39,525 nucleotides of DNA, from contig CAISKH010000570.1 in NCBI GenBank assembly GCA_903885865.1, forward strand, positions 1 through 39,525. Reading direction: 5' to 3'. Each line of letters begins with the position of its first letter. Position 1 is the stretch's first letter. Positions 1 to 9,763 of this stretch are shown here, in pieces. The position numbers and the translations under genes are program-made. The notes under the pieces are model-generated. The model did no database searches. It saw only the letters and a list, made by a program, of their open reading frames with translations, and was not told the DNA's origin. Source of the DNA: an uncultured Mucilaginibacter sp. (lineage in GTDB: Bacteria > Bacteroidota > Bacteroidia > Sphingobacteriales > Sphingobacteriaceae).

Positions 1-558
1 ATATTCTACGTTGACCATGATCCTATGGACGCTGCTCAGGCGCTCGTAGATAAACATGTAGTCAAAATGATTCTCGAGAGCGCTCAGTTGCTCTCGACAG
101 CTCATCGAGTACTAGATGGAGAGATGCAGGTACGAGAACGACTTGTTCCTGGTACATTAGAAAATCCCAAATATCGCAAACATAAACAATGGGTACTTCC
201 TGATGCTCGCAATGATGTAATGTATCAGGCAACTCATATGAATCATCCGTCTGCTATTTGGTGTCGTCAATCTGTTAGAAATTATGATTGGCTCGTTGAT
301 CATTTCTTTGCTCTTATGCGAGAATACACTCACCGATATAACAAGCAGCATAAATGCTACGGTGAAATTTCTTACATGCTCCAGTCGCCTCCTAAAAATT
401 TAAAAGATTGGGATTGGACTGAAATGCCTTCGTGTATGGCAGAAGAGTATATCATCTCTGATGACCCGATAATAAATTACAGAAATTATTATATAATTGG
501 AAAATCAGGGCTACATAAGTGGACTAACAGACAACCTCCGGAGTGGATTAATGGGTAG
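1..558 (+). CDS. Phage-type pyrimidine dimer DNA glycosylase / endonuclease V (DenV-like) family protein, 5'-partial
   Basis: Frame is open from base 1 (IFYVDHDPMDAAQALVDKHVVKMILESAQLLSTAH), matching the typical MNIFYLD..DKHVVKMILESAQLL N-terminus, so the true start lies just outside the window. Also has YxATHxNHPSAIW and a C-terminal WTNRQPPEW. Confidence 0.75.
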   Translation: MFYVDHDPMDAAQALVDKHVVKMILESAQLLSTAHRVLDGEMQVRERLVPGTLENPKYRKHKQWVLPDARNDVMYQATHMNHPSAIWCRQSVRNYDWLVDHFFALMREYTHRYNKQHKCYGEISYMLQSPPKNLKDWDWTEMPSCMAEEYIISDDPIINYRNYYIIGKSGLHKWTNRQPPEWING

Positions 559-754
559 ATTTGAATGGGACTGGTTCATTGGTTGGACCTGCGCGACAGT
601 AACTATTTTGGGTATTGTTACTGCGATTTATTTTGGTGTTCAAGATACTAACGCAAAGTACTACGCATCTATGGATAAGTGCACTGCTGCTGGTGGTTCT
701 TTTATTCCTACAAGCCAAGGTAATGCGATTTGTATTCAGGGAATAAAGCAATGA
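551..754 (+). CDS. Small phage-like single-pass membrane protein (67 aa)
   Basis: ATG at 551 overlaps the upstream stop; hydrophobic WFIGWTCATVTILGIVTAIYFGV followed by a C-x3-GG...C motif; ATGA overlap with the next gene at 751-754. Confidence 0.7.
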   Translation: MGRFEWDWFIGWTCATVTILGIVTAIYFGVQDTNAKYYASMDKCTAAGGSFIPTSQGNAICIQGIKQ

Positions 755-1242
755 GTTTTTATACAGACGTAAGAGATTTCCATCAAGCATTCGGTCAGCG
801 TATTGGTGAGAAGCCAGAGTTTCCTAACGATGATGAACGTAAGCTTAGAGTTAAGCTTCTTAAAGAAGAAGTATGGGAATATATGGATGGAGAATCTGCC
901 AATGATCTCGTTGAAGTTGCCGATGCACTTGCTGACATTATCTATATTGCTTGTGGCACTGCCGTTTCTTACGGCATTCCTTTGGACGATGTTTTTGCTG
1001 AGGTCCATCGAAGCAATATGGCAAAGCTTGTCGATGGCAAGGTAATTCGTCGTGAGGATGGTAAGGTACAGAAACCAGAAGGATGGACTGCTCCTGACAT
1101 TAGAAGCATTTTAGATAAGGCACACACAAAATATATTTGTAAAGTAGCCATTAATATCTATCGGTTTTATTTTCCTGTTAAAACCTGTCCATATAAAATA
1201 ATTGCTACTGGTTTTGTCGAGGTTAATAAACTGCGTGGTTGA
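751..1242 (+). CDS. MazG-like / PRA-PH-like nucleoside triphosphate pyrophosphohydrolase (phage type); C-terminus probably chimeric after ~1150
   Basis: VRDFHQAFGQ, LLKEEVWE, EVADALADIIY, EVHRSNMAKL, RREDGKVQKPEGWTAPDI motifs. Residues after ~1150 are the antisense of the beta-barrel gene. Confidence 0.85.
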   Translation: MSFYTDVRDFHQAFGQRIGEKPEFPNDDERKLRVKLLKEEVWEYMDGESANDLVEVADALADIIYIACGTAVSYGIPLDDVFAEVHRSNMAKLVDGKVIRREDGKVQKPEGWTAPDIRSILDKAHTKYICKVAINIYRFYFPVKTCPYKIIATGFVEVNKLRG

Positions 1243-3393
1243 TTTGCCGGTTGACGTATTGGTTATGGTATTATTAGCTATTCCGGCCGTTGTAAAGGCA
1301 TAGCTACCGCTTACATTAAAGCTTTGCCCGCTTACAACACCGTAAGTATTATAGGATACGTTAAAACGATTGGTAAACGATGCCTTAAGGTCGGGGTTGC
1401 CCAGGGTGATAAACAGCGGGTCGGTATTTACCCTTATGGGCTGTATTTGCTCAAGGGAAGGCTGGGTAGTGCGCCCACTATACTCGGCCTTGAACGATTT
1501 TTGGAGCGAAAATTTATATTGGTAACTTGCCTGAGGCGCCCAGTTAATAAAGCTGCGTTTGTAAACAATGCCGGTATATTCGTCTACCTGTTTAAAATCT
1601 ACTGCAAAGGCTTTTGTGCCGAAATTCACCAGCGCCTTACCCTTTTTATAATTAAACACCGCGCCCAACTGGTTGCTAAGCTGGTTAAAATTATAATTGT
1701 TGCTAAAGGTACTGTTGAAAACATCATACTGGCCTGTTGGCCCTTTGTCATATGACCGTGTATCGGCATGCGCATTGTTTACGCCAAGTCCGTAATTGAA
1801 AATTATCGCAAATGTTTTTGACAGCGGCTCGCTATAAGTAGCGTTGCTGTTGATAACCATATGGGTAGCGGCGGTGGTTTTTAGCTGGTGTACTTCAACT
1901 ATACTGTCGAGAGCCCCAAGAGGGTTAAAAAAATCAGTTTCAGAATTGACGTAGCCGATTGAGTGGTTCTCGTCATACGATGTGCCCAGGTTGAGTGAAA
2001 AAGTACGCCCCGGCGTTTTAAACTTATGGGTGTAAAGGCCGTTTACATTTACCAGCTTCTGGTCGTTATTGTTGGTATTGGTGCGGTTGCTGCGGTTAAG
2101 CACTACATTGCTGCCGTTGTCGGTCGATGTTATATAGTTATCATCGGTTTTTGAGTTTCTCAGTGTAGCATCGGCGCCGATTTTAAAGTTCGATGAAGTA
2201 TCGGGCCTGAATTGGTACATGGCATCCAGCTTTTGCCTGAAGGAAGACTTGTCATAAGTTTGCGCCGAATGGTTATTGATAATGCCCGATGTTAAGCTCT
2301 GCTGCGATGTAGTAGTGGTTACCCCGGTAACATCCATCGATCTTAACTTGTAGTTGGTATTTATGGATGCTTTATCGGCATTCATCTTGCTGTCAAAATG
2401 GATGCCTGCATTACGCGCCCATGGCTGGCCGGCGCCATAATATTTTCCATCCCATCCATCATCCTCATCGCTATATGATCTGAATGTTTCGTCGTCCATC
2501 TGGCCGATATTGGTCATCCCGAGTTTGTCTTCATCGTCTTCCCCCAGGCCTATCTTACCATTGTTAGCAACGCTGCCATAAACCGACAGCTTATATTTCG
2601 CCTTAAATTTGTTGAATATAGCCTGGCTCTGGTAATAGCCATTGGTGCCAATGCCGCCTTCCAGTTTCCCGAAGACGCCGCTTTTTTTATCTTCTTTCAG
2701 CTTTATGTTAATGGTCCTGGTTTTTTCGCCGTCATCAATACCTGTAAAGGCCGCCTGGTCGCTTTTTTTATCATAGAGTTGTACCGATTCCACCATATCC
2801 GCCCGCAGGTTTTTGGTAACCAGTGTAGGGTCATCGCCAAAAAACTCTTCGCCATCAACCAATACTTTACCCACTTTTACACCGTTGGCGGTAATTTTTC
2901 CGTCCTTATCAATGGTCATGCCGGGCAGTTGTTTCAGCAGGTCCTCTACCTTATCGTTAGGTTGTATTACATAAGCTTTGGGGTTAAACTCGGTGGTATC
3001 GCCTTTAATTTTTATTGCGCGTATCTCGCCCTTGATCATTACCTCCATCAATAGCTTTGATTTCAGCTGCATATTCACATTGCCAAAATCGTGTGTAGGG
3101 TGAGTGGCATCCAGTGTAAACTCCTCTACATAATCCACATAATCGGGATAGCTTACCAATAATAAAAATTTCCCCTGCGGCAGGCCGTTAATGGCAAACA
3201 GACCATTATCAATAGCGTACGTATACTTATACATAATAGAATCTTTGGCATTTAATATGCAAATGGTAGTATTGGGCAGTTTGACCCTGGAGGCAGTATC
3301 GGTCACCATGCCTTTTACGGCATAGTTATTTTGGGCTGATAGTGACAAAGAACATAAGCAAATGGCCAGTATTGCCAGAATTGTGATCTTCAT
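1111..3393 (-). CDS. Outer-membrane beta-barrel (TonB-dependent-receptor-like) protein with carboxypeptidase-regulatory-like N-domain, 3'-truncated
   Basis: Signal peptide; KGDTTEFN, EDLLKQLPG, LVDGEEFFGDDP, GNPDLKASF motifs of this Bacteroidota family. Ends in an atypical FTNIFCVCLI read from phage-like DNA and lacks the final barrel strands and terminal Phe. Confidence 0.85.
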   Translation of the reverse strand: MKITILAILAICLCSLSLSAQNNYAVKGMVTDTASRVKLPNTTICILNAKDSIMYKYTYAIDNGLFAINGLPQGKFLLLVSYPDYVDYVEEFTLDATHPTHDFGNVNMQLKSKLLMEVMIKGEIRAIKIKGDTTEFNPKAYVIQPNDKVEDLLKQLPGMTIDKDGKITANGVKVGKVLVDGEEFFGDDPTLVTKNLRADMVESVQLYDKKSDQAAFTGIDDGEKTRTINIKLKEDKKSGVFGKLEGGIGTNGYYQSQAIFNKFKAKYKLSVYGSVANNGKIGLGEDDEDKLGMTNIGQMDDETFRSYSDEDDGWDGKYYGAGQPWARNAGIHFDSKMNADKASINTNYKLRSMDVTGVTTTTSQQSLTSGIINNHSAQTYDKSSFRQKLDAMYQFRPDTSSNFKIGADATLRNSKTDDNYITSTDNGSNVVLNRSNRTNTNNNDQKLVNVNGLYTHKFKTPGRTFSLNLGTSYDENHSIGYVNSETDFFNPLGALDSIVEVHQLKTTAATHMVINSNATYSEPLSKTFAIIFNYGLGVNNAHADTRSYDKGPTGQYDVFNSTFSNNYNFNQLSNQLGAVFNYKKGKALVNFGTKAFAVDFKQVDEYTGIVYKRSFINWAPQASYQYKFSLQKSFKAEYSGRTTQPSLEQIQPIRVNTDPLFITLGNPDLKASFTNRFNVSYNTYGVVSGQSFNVSGSYAFTTAGIANNTITNTSTGKSTTQFINLDKTSSNYFIWTGFNRKIKPIDINGYFTNIFCVCLI

Positions 3394-3651
3394 AAAGTGG
3401 GTTTGGTGAAAGCAAGATACAACTAAAAAAATAGTGTATAATATAATTTAGCACTTTTTAACAAATTGATTATGAGCAAGGATAGTGCATAAAGCTATAC
3501 TCTTAAAATAAATGGGATGAAAAGGGTAGTTGGTGGGATAAAAGATACTAATTACCCGTAGTGTATATTCCTGCAGATATATACGCACACCTGCAAAGCC
3601 TCCGTAGCTGTAATTTTACAACCATAAATTAGCATATGTGGTAATTTATAA

Positions 3652-3659
3652 TAATTTTG
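3652..3659 (+). promoter_or_regulatory. Bacteroidota sigma-A -7 element (TAATTTTG) for the GH-like pair
   Basis: Exact TAnnTTTG 35 bp upstream of the ATG at 3695. Confidence 0.6.
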
Positions 3660-3694
3660 TATACAAAATACAAAACCAATAACACCTGAAAAAT

Positions 3695-5887
3695 ATGAAG
3701 TTAAAAATTGCGTTGTCGTTTGCTGTTACAATGGCTACCGGGATACTGTTATGCCTTGCGGTACAGGGCGCCACCATTATTGCCGCTACCGGCTATGCCA
3801 ACTCGCGCATGGTAAACTATGCCTTAAAAAAGCTGGATGAAGCTTCCGCCGTTACCGGCAATAGCCTGGTAAAAAAAGCAATGAGCAATAAAACTATGGT
3901 CAACGTAATGGTACTGGGCCAAACCGATGGGCTTGCCTATAGATACTTGCCCACTGGCGAAAAACCATTGGCAGCGGAGGGTTTCCGCATTATTCGTGAT
4001 GGCGCAAAGGTGGTAGTTATTGGTGCAGATGAAAAAGGGGCCATGTATGGTACGCTTGATGTTGCCGAACAGCTAAAAGCCAATGGCGGTAACCTGCAGT
4101 TAGTAAAAGAGAAAAAAGAAGAACCCCGTTTAAGTTTCAGGGGCATAAAATTTAACTTACCGTTCATGGCCTACCGGTCGAGTATATCGCTTACCCAGCA
4201 GGATTACGTGGTGCGCGACCCCAAATTTTGGGAAGCTTTTTTAGATATGATGGCGGCCAACCGCTACAACGTGCTCTCGTTATGGAGCCTGCACCCTTAT
4301 CATTATATGATACGGGCCAAAAACTTCCCCGAAGCCTGCCCGTTTGATGATGTGGAACTGCTGGCCATGAAACAATTTTGGACCAACCTGTTTAAGATGG
4401 CGCATGACCGCGGTATACAAACCTATATTATTAACTGGAACACCTTTGTATCGCCAAGTTTTGCGCTGGCCCATAAAAAAGAAGGGGTAATACAATACTC
4501 GGTAACACCGGCATTTGGCGGCAACCAGGATACTACCAAATTAGTGGAGCAATATACCCGCGAAACAATTACACAGGTAATTAATGAATACCCGGAACTT
4601 GACGGCCTCGGTATTACCATTGGCGAGGGCATGGGCGGCCGTACGCCGCAGCAGCGTCGCGACTGGCTCGACCGCACTATTTTTGCCGGTATGAAGGCCG
4701 CTAACCGCAAAATAAAATTTGTGTACCGTGCGCCGCTTTCGGCCAATACTGGGTCGGGTGGCAGCACCAGCGAGGAGAACGATATTGCCTCGCGCAAGCA
4801 TATTGAGAGCCTGGATGTTACCGACGCCTTTGTGGAGTTTAAATATAACTGGAGCCACGGGCACTCGTCGCCCAAACTGTTTATGGTGCACGGCGGCAAG
4901 CTCACCGATAAATATTATAACCCGTTCCCCACCAAATACAAATATGTGTGGACGGTGCGTAACGAGGATTTTTACCGCCTGCGCTGGGGCAACAGCGATT
5001 TTATACGCGAGTTTATTAAAAATAACGGGGAGGCCTATGTGGCCGGATGCTTTATCGGCAGCGAAATATTTACGCCCGCGCTGGATTATACCAGTTTATC
5101 CGGCCCGTTTAAAACCTGGGATTATCATTTTCAGCGCCAATGGCTATGGTACGCAATGTGGGGCCGCCTGATGTATGATGAGAAGACTCCCGACGCCACC
5201 TTCGAGCAAATGCTGTCAGCAAAATACGGCAAGGGTACCGGCCCAGCCGCGCTGCTGGCCTGGAAAATAGCTACCAACAATCAGCTGAAATTTGCTGCCT
5301 ACCATTCAGGCACCGCCGATGCGCAGTTGTACACCGAAGGTTTCTGCGACTGGGCGCCTGATAAGCCGGTAAGGTTGTTTGATATCAATAACATCATCAC
5401 CCACCCCGTATTGGATTCAACCCTGTACGTTAACATACACGACTGGGAAACTGCCGGCGAAAAAACAAGGCCGGGCAAAATGTCGCCGCTTCAATTAGCT
5501 GCGGAACTGGACAGGGACAACGCGAAATTGTTTACCCTCATCACCCAGTTAAAGGCAAAAGGGTTAAGCCCCGGCGCGGCAGTTGAAGTGAACGATATGC
5601 TGGCCTGGTACTGGTTCGGCAGATACTTTGCCGACAAAATAAAGGCGGGCGTTGCCGTGGCGCGTTACCGTTATAAAGGTAATGACGAGCGTCAGCAGGC
5701 GGTTGCCTACCTGAAACAATGTTCGTCGCATTGGGCCAATTATGCCGGTACAGTAGCTAAATACAATAAAGAATCGTTCCAGTTTATTATCATCAGCGGG
5801 TTGTTTTCGTTAAGGAGCATGCAGCCGCAGGTTGACCATGATATAGAACTGGCCATGGGCCCCGCGCCTTCAACAAAAACTAAGTAA
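3695..5887 (+). CDS. Secreted uncharacterised glycoside-hydrolase-like protein (GH20/GH67/GH115-type N-terminal zincin-like domain plus probable TIM barrel)
   Basis: Signal peptide; VVVIGADEKGAMYG N-domain motif; FRGIKFNLP; DMMAANRYNVLSLWSLHPY; paralogous to 5910..8090. Confidence 0.7.
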   Translation: MKLKIALSFAVTMATGILLCLAVQGATIIAATGYANSRMVNYALKKLDEASAVTGNSLVKKAMSNKTMVNVMVLGQTDGLAYRYLPTGEKPLAAEGFRIIRDGAKVVVIGADEKGAMYGTLDVAEQLKANGGNLQLVKEKKEEPRLSFRGIKFNLPFMAYRSSISLTQQDYVVRDPKFWEAFLDMMAANRYNVLSLWSLHPYHYMIRAKNFPEACPFDDVELLAMKQFWTNLFKMAHDRGIQTYIINWNTFVSPSFALAHKKEGVIQYSVTPAFGGNQDTTKLVEQYTRETITQVINEYPELDGLGITIGEGMGGRTPQQRRDWLDRTIFAGMKAANRKIKFVYRAPLSANTGSGGSTSEENDIASRKHIESLDVTDAFVEFKYNWSHGHSSPKLFMVHGGKLTDKYYNPFPTKYKYVWTVRNEDFYRLRWGNSDFIREFIKNNGEAYVAGCFIGSEIFTPALDYTSLSGPFKTWDYHFQRQWLWYAMWGRLMYDEKTPDATFEQMLSAKYGKGTGPAALLAWKIATNNQLKFAAYHSGTADAQLYTEGFCDWAPDKPVRLFDINNIITHPVLDSTLYVNIHDWETAGEKTRPGKMSPLQLAAELDRDNAKLFTLITQLKAKGLSPGAAVEVNDMLAWYWFGRYFADKIKAGVAVARYRYKGNDERQQAVAYLKQCSSHWANYAGTVAKYNKESFQFIIISGLFSLRSMQPQVDHDIELAMGPAPSTKTK

Positions 5888-5909
5888 CCCTACACCAATT
5901 TAACCTGTT

Positions 5910-8090
5910 ATGAACCGATTACTCAAAATTTGCCTGGTATTAGTTGCCGCCGTTACGCTGATAAGCGCCCGTGCGCCGCAAAAAGTTAACGTAGTGTATG
6001 ATAAGACAATTCCGCAGCTGCAGTTTGGCGTGCAGGAATTTAAGAATGCCTTTAAAATGGCCAACCTGCAGTATTCGGCAAGCCCGGCAGGCGCTGTTGT
6101 GGTTACGTTCGTGCTGGATAAATCGTTAGGGGCCGAGGCGTATAAAATCACACAAACCAATAAGGCCATCAAAGTAAGGGGAGGAGATGCAAGAGGATTG
6201 ATGTATGCCGGCCTTGCACTTGCGGATAACCTGGAGGCCGGGAAGGACCTGCTTAAAACCGGAACAATAGAAGGCAAACCCTATATGCCTTACCGGGGGA
6301 TAAAATTCAACATTCCGCTCGACGCGCGTACGCCAAGCTATGACGATACCGGCGATGCAGCCCAAATGAACATTGAAACCATGTGGGAGTTTGATTTCTG
6401 GAAAAATTACCTCGATAATATGGCGCGTTACCGCTATAACCTGCTTACCTTATGGAATTTGCATCCCTACCCGTCAATGGTGAAAGTGCCGGGCTATGAA
6501 GATGTGGCGCTTAACGATGTATGCGTTTATACCGGCCCCATCACCGCTAAAACCGATATGCGCTGGAAAAAAGAAGGCATACAGGACCCTGCCCACCTGC
6601 GCGTGGTTAAAAAGATGAGCATCGACGAAAAGATCGCCTTTTGGAAAAAGGTATTTAAATATGCTGATGACCGGGGCATTGATATCCACTGGTACCACTG
6701 GAACGTTTTTGTAAGCGGCGCCGAAGGCAAGCATGGCATAGAAACCCGCCAGGATTCCCCTACTACTATTGACTATATGCGGAAAAGCGTAAAGCAATTT
6801 TTGCTTACCTATCCAACCATTAAAGGTATCGGTGTTACCGCCGGTGAGAATGTTAACCGCAACTTAAAGAATGAGTACAGCACCGAAAAATATATATGGT
6901 CAACCTATGGCAAGGGTATTATGGATGCCAGGGCAATTAATCCGAAAATTGATGTGGCCTTTATTTTCAGGCAGCATGAAACCGATATGAGTTTAATAGC
7001 TGATGCTTTTAAGGATTATAACCGCCCGTTTGATACTGAGTTTAAATATTCGAGGGCGCGTATGTTCAGCAGCGAAAAACCTACCTGGTTTGATAAAATA
7101 TACAAGGATGAGGTGGTTAGCCACAAAATTAAAGTGTGGATGAATGTGCGCAATGATGATATTTTTATCTTCCGCTGGGGCAAGCCCGACTACGCCAATG
7201 CGTTCATTAAAAATATGCCCAAGGATTTGATGGCCGGGTATTTCTGGGGGCCAGATGGCTACATCTACGGCCGCGATTTTCACAGCAAGGATGAGAATGT
7301 GCCTAAATATGAAATTGATAAGCAATGGTACTTATTTATGATATGGGGCATGGCAGGCTATAATCCCGACCTGCCGGAGTCATATTACATTGATAAGATA
7401 GCCGAACATTTCAAAGGCGCGGATGCAAAGGCAATATATACCACCTGGAACGCTACATCGGATGTGATCGAATGGGTTGATAAGATACACTACCGTCAAA
7501 ACGACGCCGAATTTTTGCCCGAGGGAAGCTTTGATATCACCCGTTTTAAAGACCTGAACGCCATTGCCCGCAACGATTGTATGCCCGACCAGGGTGTAAC
7601 CGCCATTGGCGATTTTGCCCAAAAAGGAAAAGTAGCCGGCGAACTTACTCCTTTTGAGGTTGCTGATAAACTGGAAGAAGCCTCAAAAACTTTATTGACA
7701 GGCGCGGCCAGGATAGCTGATAATAACAACCCTGAACTAAAACAAACTCTGGGCGATTTTAAAGCCATGGGCTATATGGCCGATTATTACGCGCATAAAG
7801 TAAATGCGGCTACTTATATGGCCCAATATCGCTTTGCAGGCGATGAAAAGAATAAGGCCCGGGCCGTTGCCGAAGCAGAAGCAGAGGTAAATTCATGGAT
7901 AAATTATGCCGCTGCGGCTTCGGCGCAATACAAACCGCAGCTTTTTGCCCGTACGCAATACCTTGACTGGAACGCAGAAACCGACCTGGTAAAACAAGAT
8001 GTGAACATTGCCAGGAACGCCCAAAAAGGCGAACCTGTTGCTGTAGCCGCCTCCAATAAATTATGGGAAAAGGATAAGAAGAAATTGTAA
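5910..8090 (+). CDS. Secreted uncharacterised glycoside-hydrolase-like protein, paralogue of the upstream gene
   Basis: Signal peptide; VRGGDARGLMYAG; YRGIKFNIP; DNMARYRYNLLTLWNLHPY; VRNDDIFIFRWG (cf. VRNEDFYRLRWG in the upstream gene). Confidence 0.7.
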   Translation: MNRLLKICLVLVAAVTLISARAPQKVNVVYDKTIPQLQFGVQEFKNAFKMANLQYSASPAGAVVVTFVLDKSLGAEAYKITQTNKAIKVRGGDARGLMYAGLALADNLEAGKDLLKTGTIEGKPYMPYRGIKFNIPLDARTPSYDDTGDAAQMNIETMWEFDFWKNYLDNMARYRYNLLTLWNLHPYPSMVKVPGYEDVALNDVCVYTGPITAKTDMRWKKEGIQDPAHLRVVKKMSIDEKIAFWKKVFKYADDRGIDIHWYHWNVFVSGAEGKHGIETRQDSPTTIDYMRKSVKQFLLTYPTIKGIGVTAGENVNRNLKNEYSTEKYIWSTYGKGIMDARAINPKIDVAFIFRQHETDMSLIADAFKDYNRPFDTEFKYSRARMFSSEKPTWFDKIYKDEVVSHKIKVWMNVRNDDIFIFRWGKPDYANAFIKNMPKDLMAGYFWGPDGYIYGRDFHSKDENVPKYEIDKQWYLFMIWGMAGYNPDLPESYYIDKIAEHFKGADAKAIYTTWNATSDVIEWVDKIHYRQNDAEFLPEGSFDITRFKDLNAIARNDCMPDQGVTAIGDFAQKGKVAGELTPFEVADKLEEASKTLLTGAARIADNNNPELKQTLGDFKAMGYMADYYAHKVNAATYMAQYRFAGDEKNKARAVAEAEAEVNSWINYAAAASAQYKPQLFARTQYLDWNAETDLVKQDVNIARNAQKGEPVAVAASNKLWEKDKKKL

Positions 8091-8093
8091 GTT

Positions 8094-8204
8094 AAAAAAA
8101 ACGGTGTCATCTGAGGTACTCGAAGCATGTGGGTCGGCCTTTGCGCTCACCCCTGCCTGCCGGCAGGCAAGGCTTCGACGGAGCTCAGGGTGACGCCTTT
8201 TTTT
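8094..8204. repeat. REP-like long imperfect hairpin between convergent genes, probable bidirectional terminator, with a nested 20-bp palindrome
   Basis: Arms GGTGTCATCTGAG..TCGAAGC and GCTTCGA..CTCAGGGTGACGCC, flanked by an A-tract and a T-tract; CCTGCCTGCCGGCAGGCAAG at 8152-8171. Confidence 0.75.
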
Positions 8205-8217
8205 GAATATACTTTAT

Positions 8218-9744
8218 TTACACATCCACTTTTGCGTATTGCGCAATTTTGCGGTATAGCTCATTGGGGTTAAATGGCTTGCTGATATAATCATTCATCC
8301 CTACAATATAGGCCTGGTCTTTAATATCAAGCATGGCCGACGCGGTAAGGGCAATTATAGGCAGATTCTTGAATTTTTCGCCGTCCAGTTTCCTGATCTC
8401 GATGGTAGTTTCGTAGCCATCCATTTCGGGCATTTGCAGGTCCATCAAAACCATGTGGTAATCGTTGGTTTGAACCAGTGTAAGGGCAATCTCGCCGTTT
8501 TCGGCAACATCGCATTCAATATCCCATAGCTTCATATATTGTTTGGCCAATATCACGTTGATCTGGTTATCTTCAGCAATTAACAGCTTAATGCCTTTTA
8601 AACTTTTGGTTTCTTGCTGAATGATATCATAACCGTTTTTTTCAAATTGCTTATCGCTGTTTTTCATTTTAAGGCTGAAATAAAATACCGAGCCTTTGCC
8701 CAACTCGCTTTTTACATTGATCTCGCTATCCATCAACTCCAGCAATTTTTTGGTTATCGTTAACCCCAAGCCGGTACCGCCAAACTTACGGGTAGTATCA
8801 GAGCTTGCCTGGGTAAAACTTTCAAATATATTGTTCAACTTATCTTTGTCTATACCTATGCCGGTATCAGCTACTTCAAAATCAATGGTGGTATACTCCG
8901 CTGTTTTTTTGTTGAGCGAGGCCGTAATGGTAACCTTACCCTCCTTAGTGAATTTTACTGCATTGCTTATTAAATTAGTTAATATTTGGCCCAGCCTTAC
9001 GGGGTCGCCTTTAATGGCGTTTGGCAGTTCCTGGTCTATCAGTAATTTAAGCTGAATGTCTTTTTCGTTTGCTTTTTGCAGCAGCGCCAGCCTTATATTG
9101 CTTATCAAATCCTTAATGCTAAAATCAGCTTCTTCAAATTCAACCTTACCAGCTTCAATTTTACTAAAGTCCAGTATATCATTGATCAGCACCAGCAGGT
9201 TCTCGGCCGAGAATTTCAACATTTTAAGGTACTCCATTTGCTCCTCCCGCGGCTCAAGCTGCAAAAGCAAATGGGTAAAACCAATTACCGCGTTCATGGG
9301 CGTCCTGATCTCATGGCTCATTGTCGACAGGAAATGCGATTTTGTTAGCGCCGCTTTTTCGGCCACGTCTTTTGATTCGATGAGTTGTAATTCCAGCTCC
9401 TTGGCCTTTTCTATTTGTTGTTGTAAGAATCGTATAATATCTATCAGGTCATCATCCGAACTTTCAATATCTGTTTTGGAGCCGGGCGACAAGGAACTTA
9501 TTGCCTTTTTTATTTCTGAAATAGACTGTTGTTTTATTTCATTCTCCTTTAACAGGAAATTGTTGATCTCCTGGTATTCGCGCTCGCTTATGGTAAAAGC
9601 ATGTTCGGATAGTTTTTTTGACTTCTCAAACGAACTGTATGAATTACTCACGCTCTCCAGGAAGTTCTGCATCGCCTCATCTTCCAGGCATTTATCCGGG
9701 ATAAATTTTATGATCTGCTTATTTAATATACTGTGATATTCCAT
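8218..9744 (-). CDS. Cytoplasmic hybrid sensor histidine kinase (HisKA-HATPase-REC)
   Basis: H-box FLSTMSHEIRTPMNAVIG; N-box NLISNAVKFT; DTGIG and GGTGLGL; receiver AEDN..LMDLQMP..KPF; no TM segment. Confidence 0.95.
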   Translation of the reverse strand: MEYHSILNKQIIKFIPDKCLEDEAMQNFLESVSNSYSSFEKSKKLSEHAFTISEREYQEINNFLLKENEIKQQSISEIKKAISSLSPGSKTDIESSDDDLIDIIRFLQQQIEKAKELELQLIESKDVAEKAALTKSHFLSTMSHEIRTPMNAVIGFTHLLLQLEPREEQMEYLKMLKFSAENLLVLINDILDFSKIEAGKVEFEEADFSIKDLISNIRLALLQKANEKDIQLKLLIDQELPNAIKGDPVRLGQILTNLISNAVKFTKEGKVTITASLNKKTAEYTTIDFEVADTGIGIDKDKLNNIFESFTQASSDTTRKFGGTGLGLTITKKLLELMDSEINVKSELGKGSVFYFSLKMKNSDKQFEKNGYDIIQQETKSLKGIKLLIAEDNQINVILAKQYMKLWDIECDVAENGEIALTLVQTNDYHMVLMDLQMPEMDGYETTIEIRKLDGEKFKNLPIIALTASAMLDIKDQAYIVGMNDYISKPFNPNELYRKIAQYAKVDV

Positions 9745-9763
9745 ACCCGATGGCGGCCTATTT

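Noticed and set aside
1-1242. Site-specifically integrated prophage end
   Set aside because: No integrase, att duplication or tRNA is visible, and the join disrupts genes on both sides.
9056-9736. Long antisense ORFs (also 38077-38667, 27626-28129, 10374-10856 and others)
   Set aside because: They are shadow frames of well-supported genes and contain no recognisable motifs.
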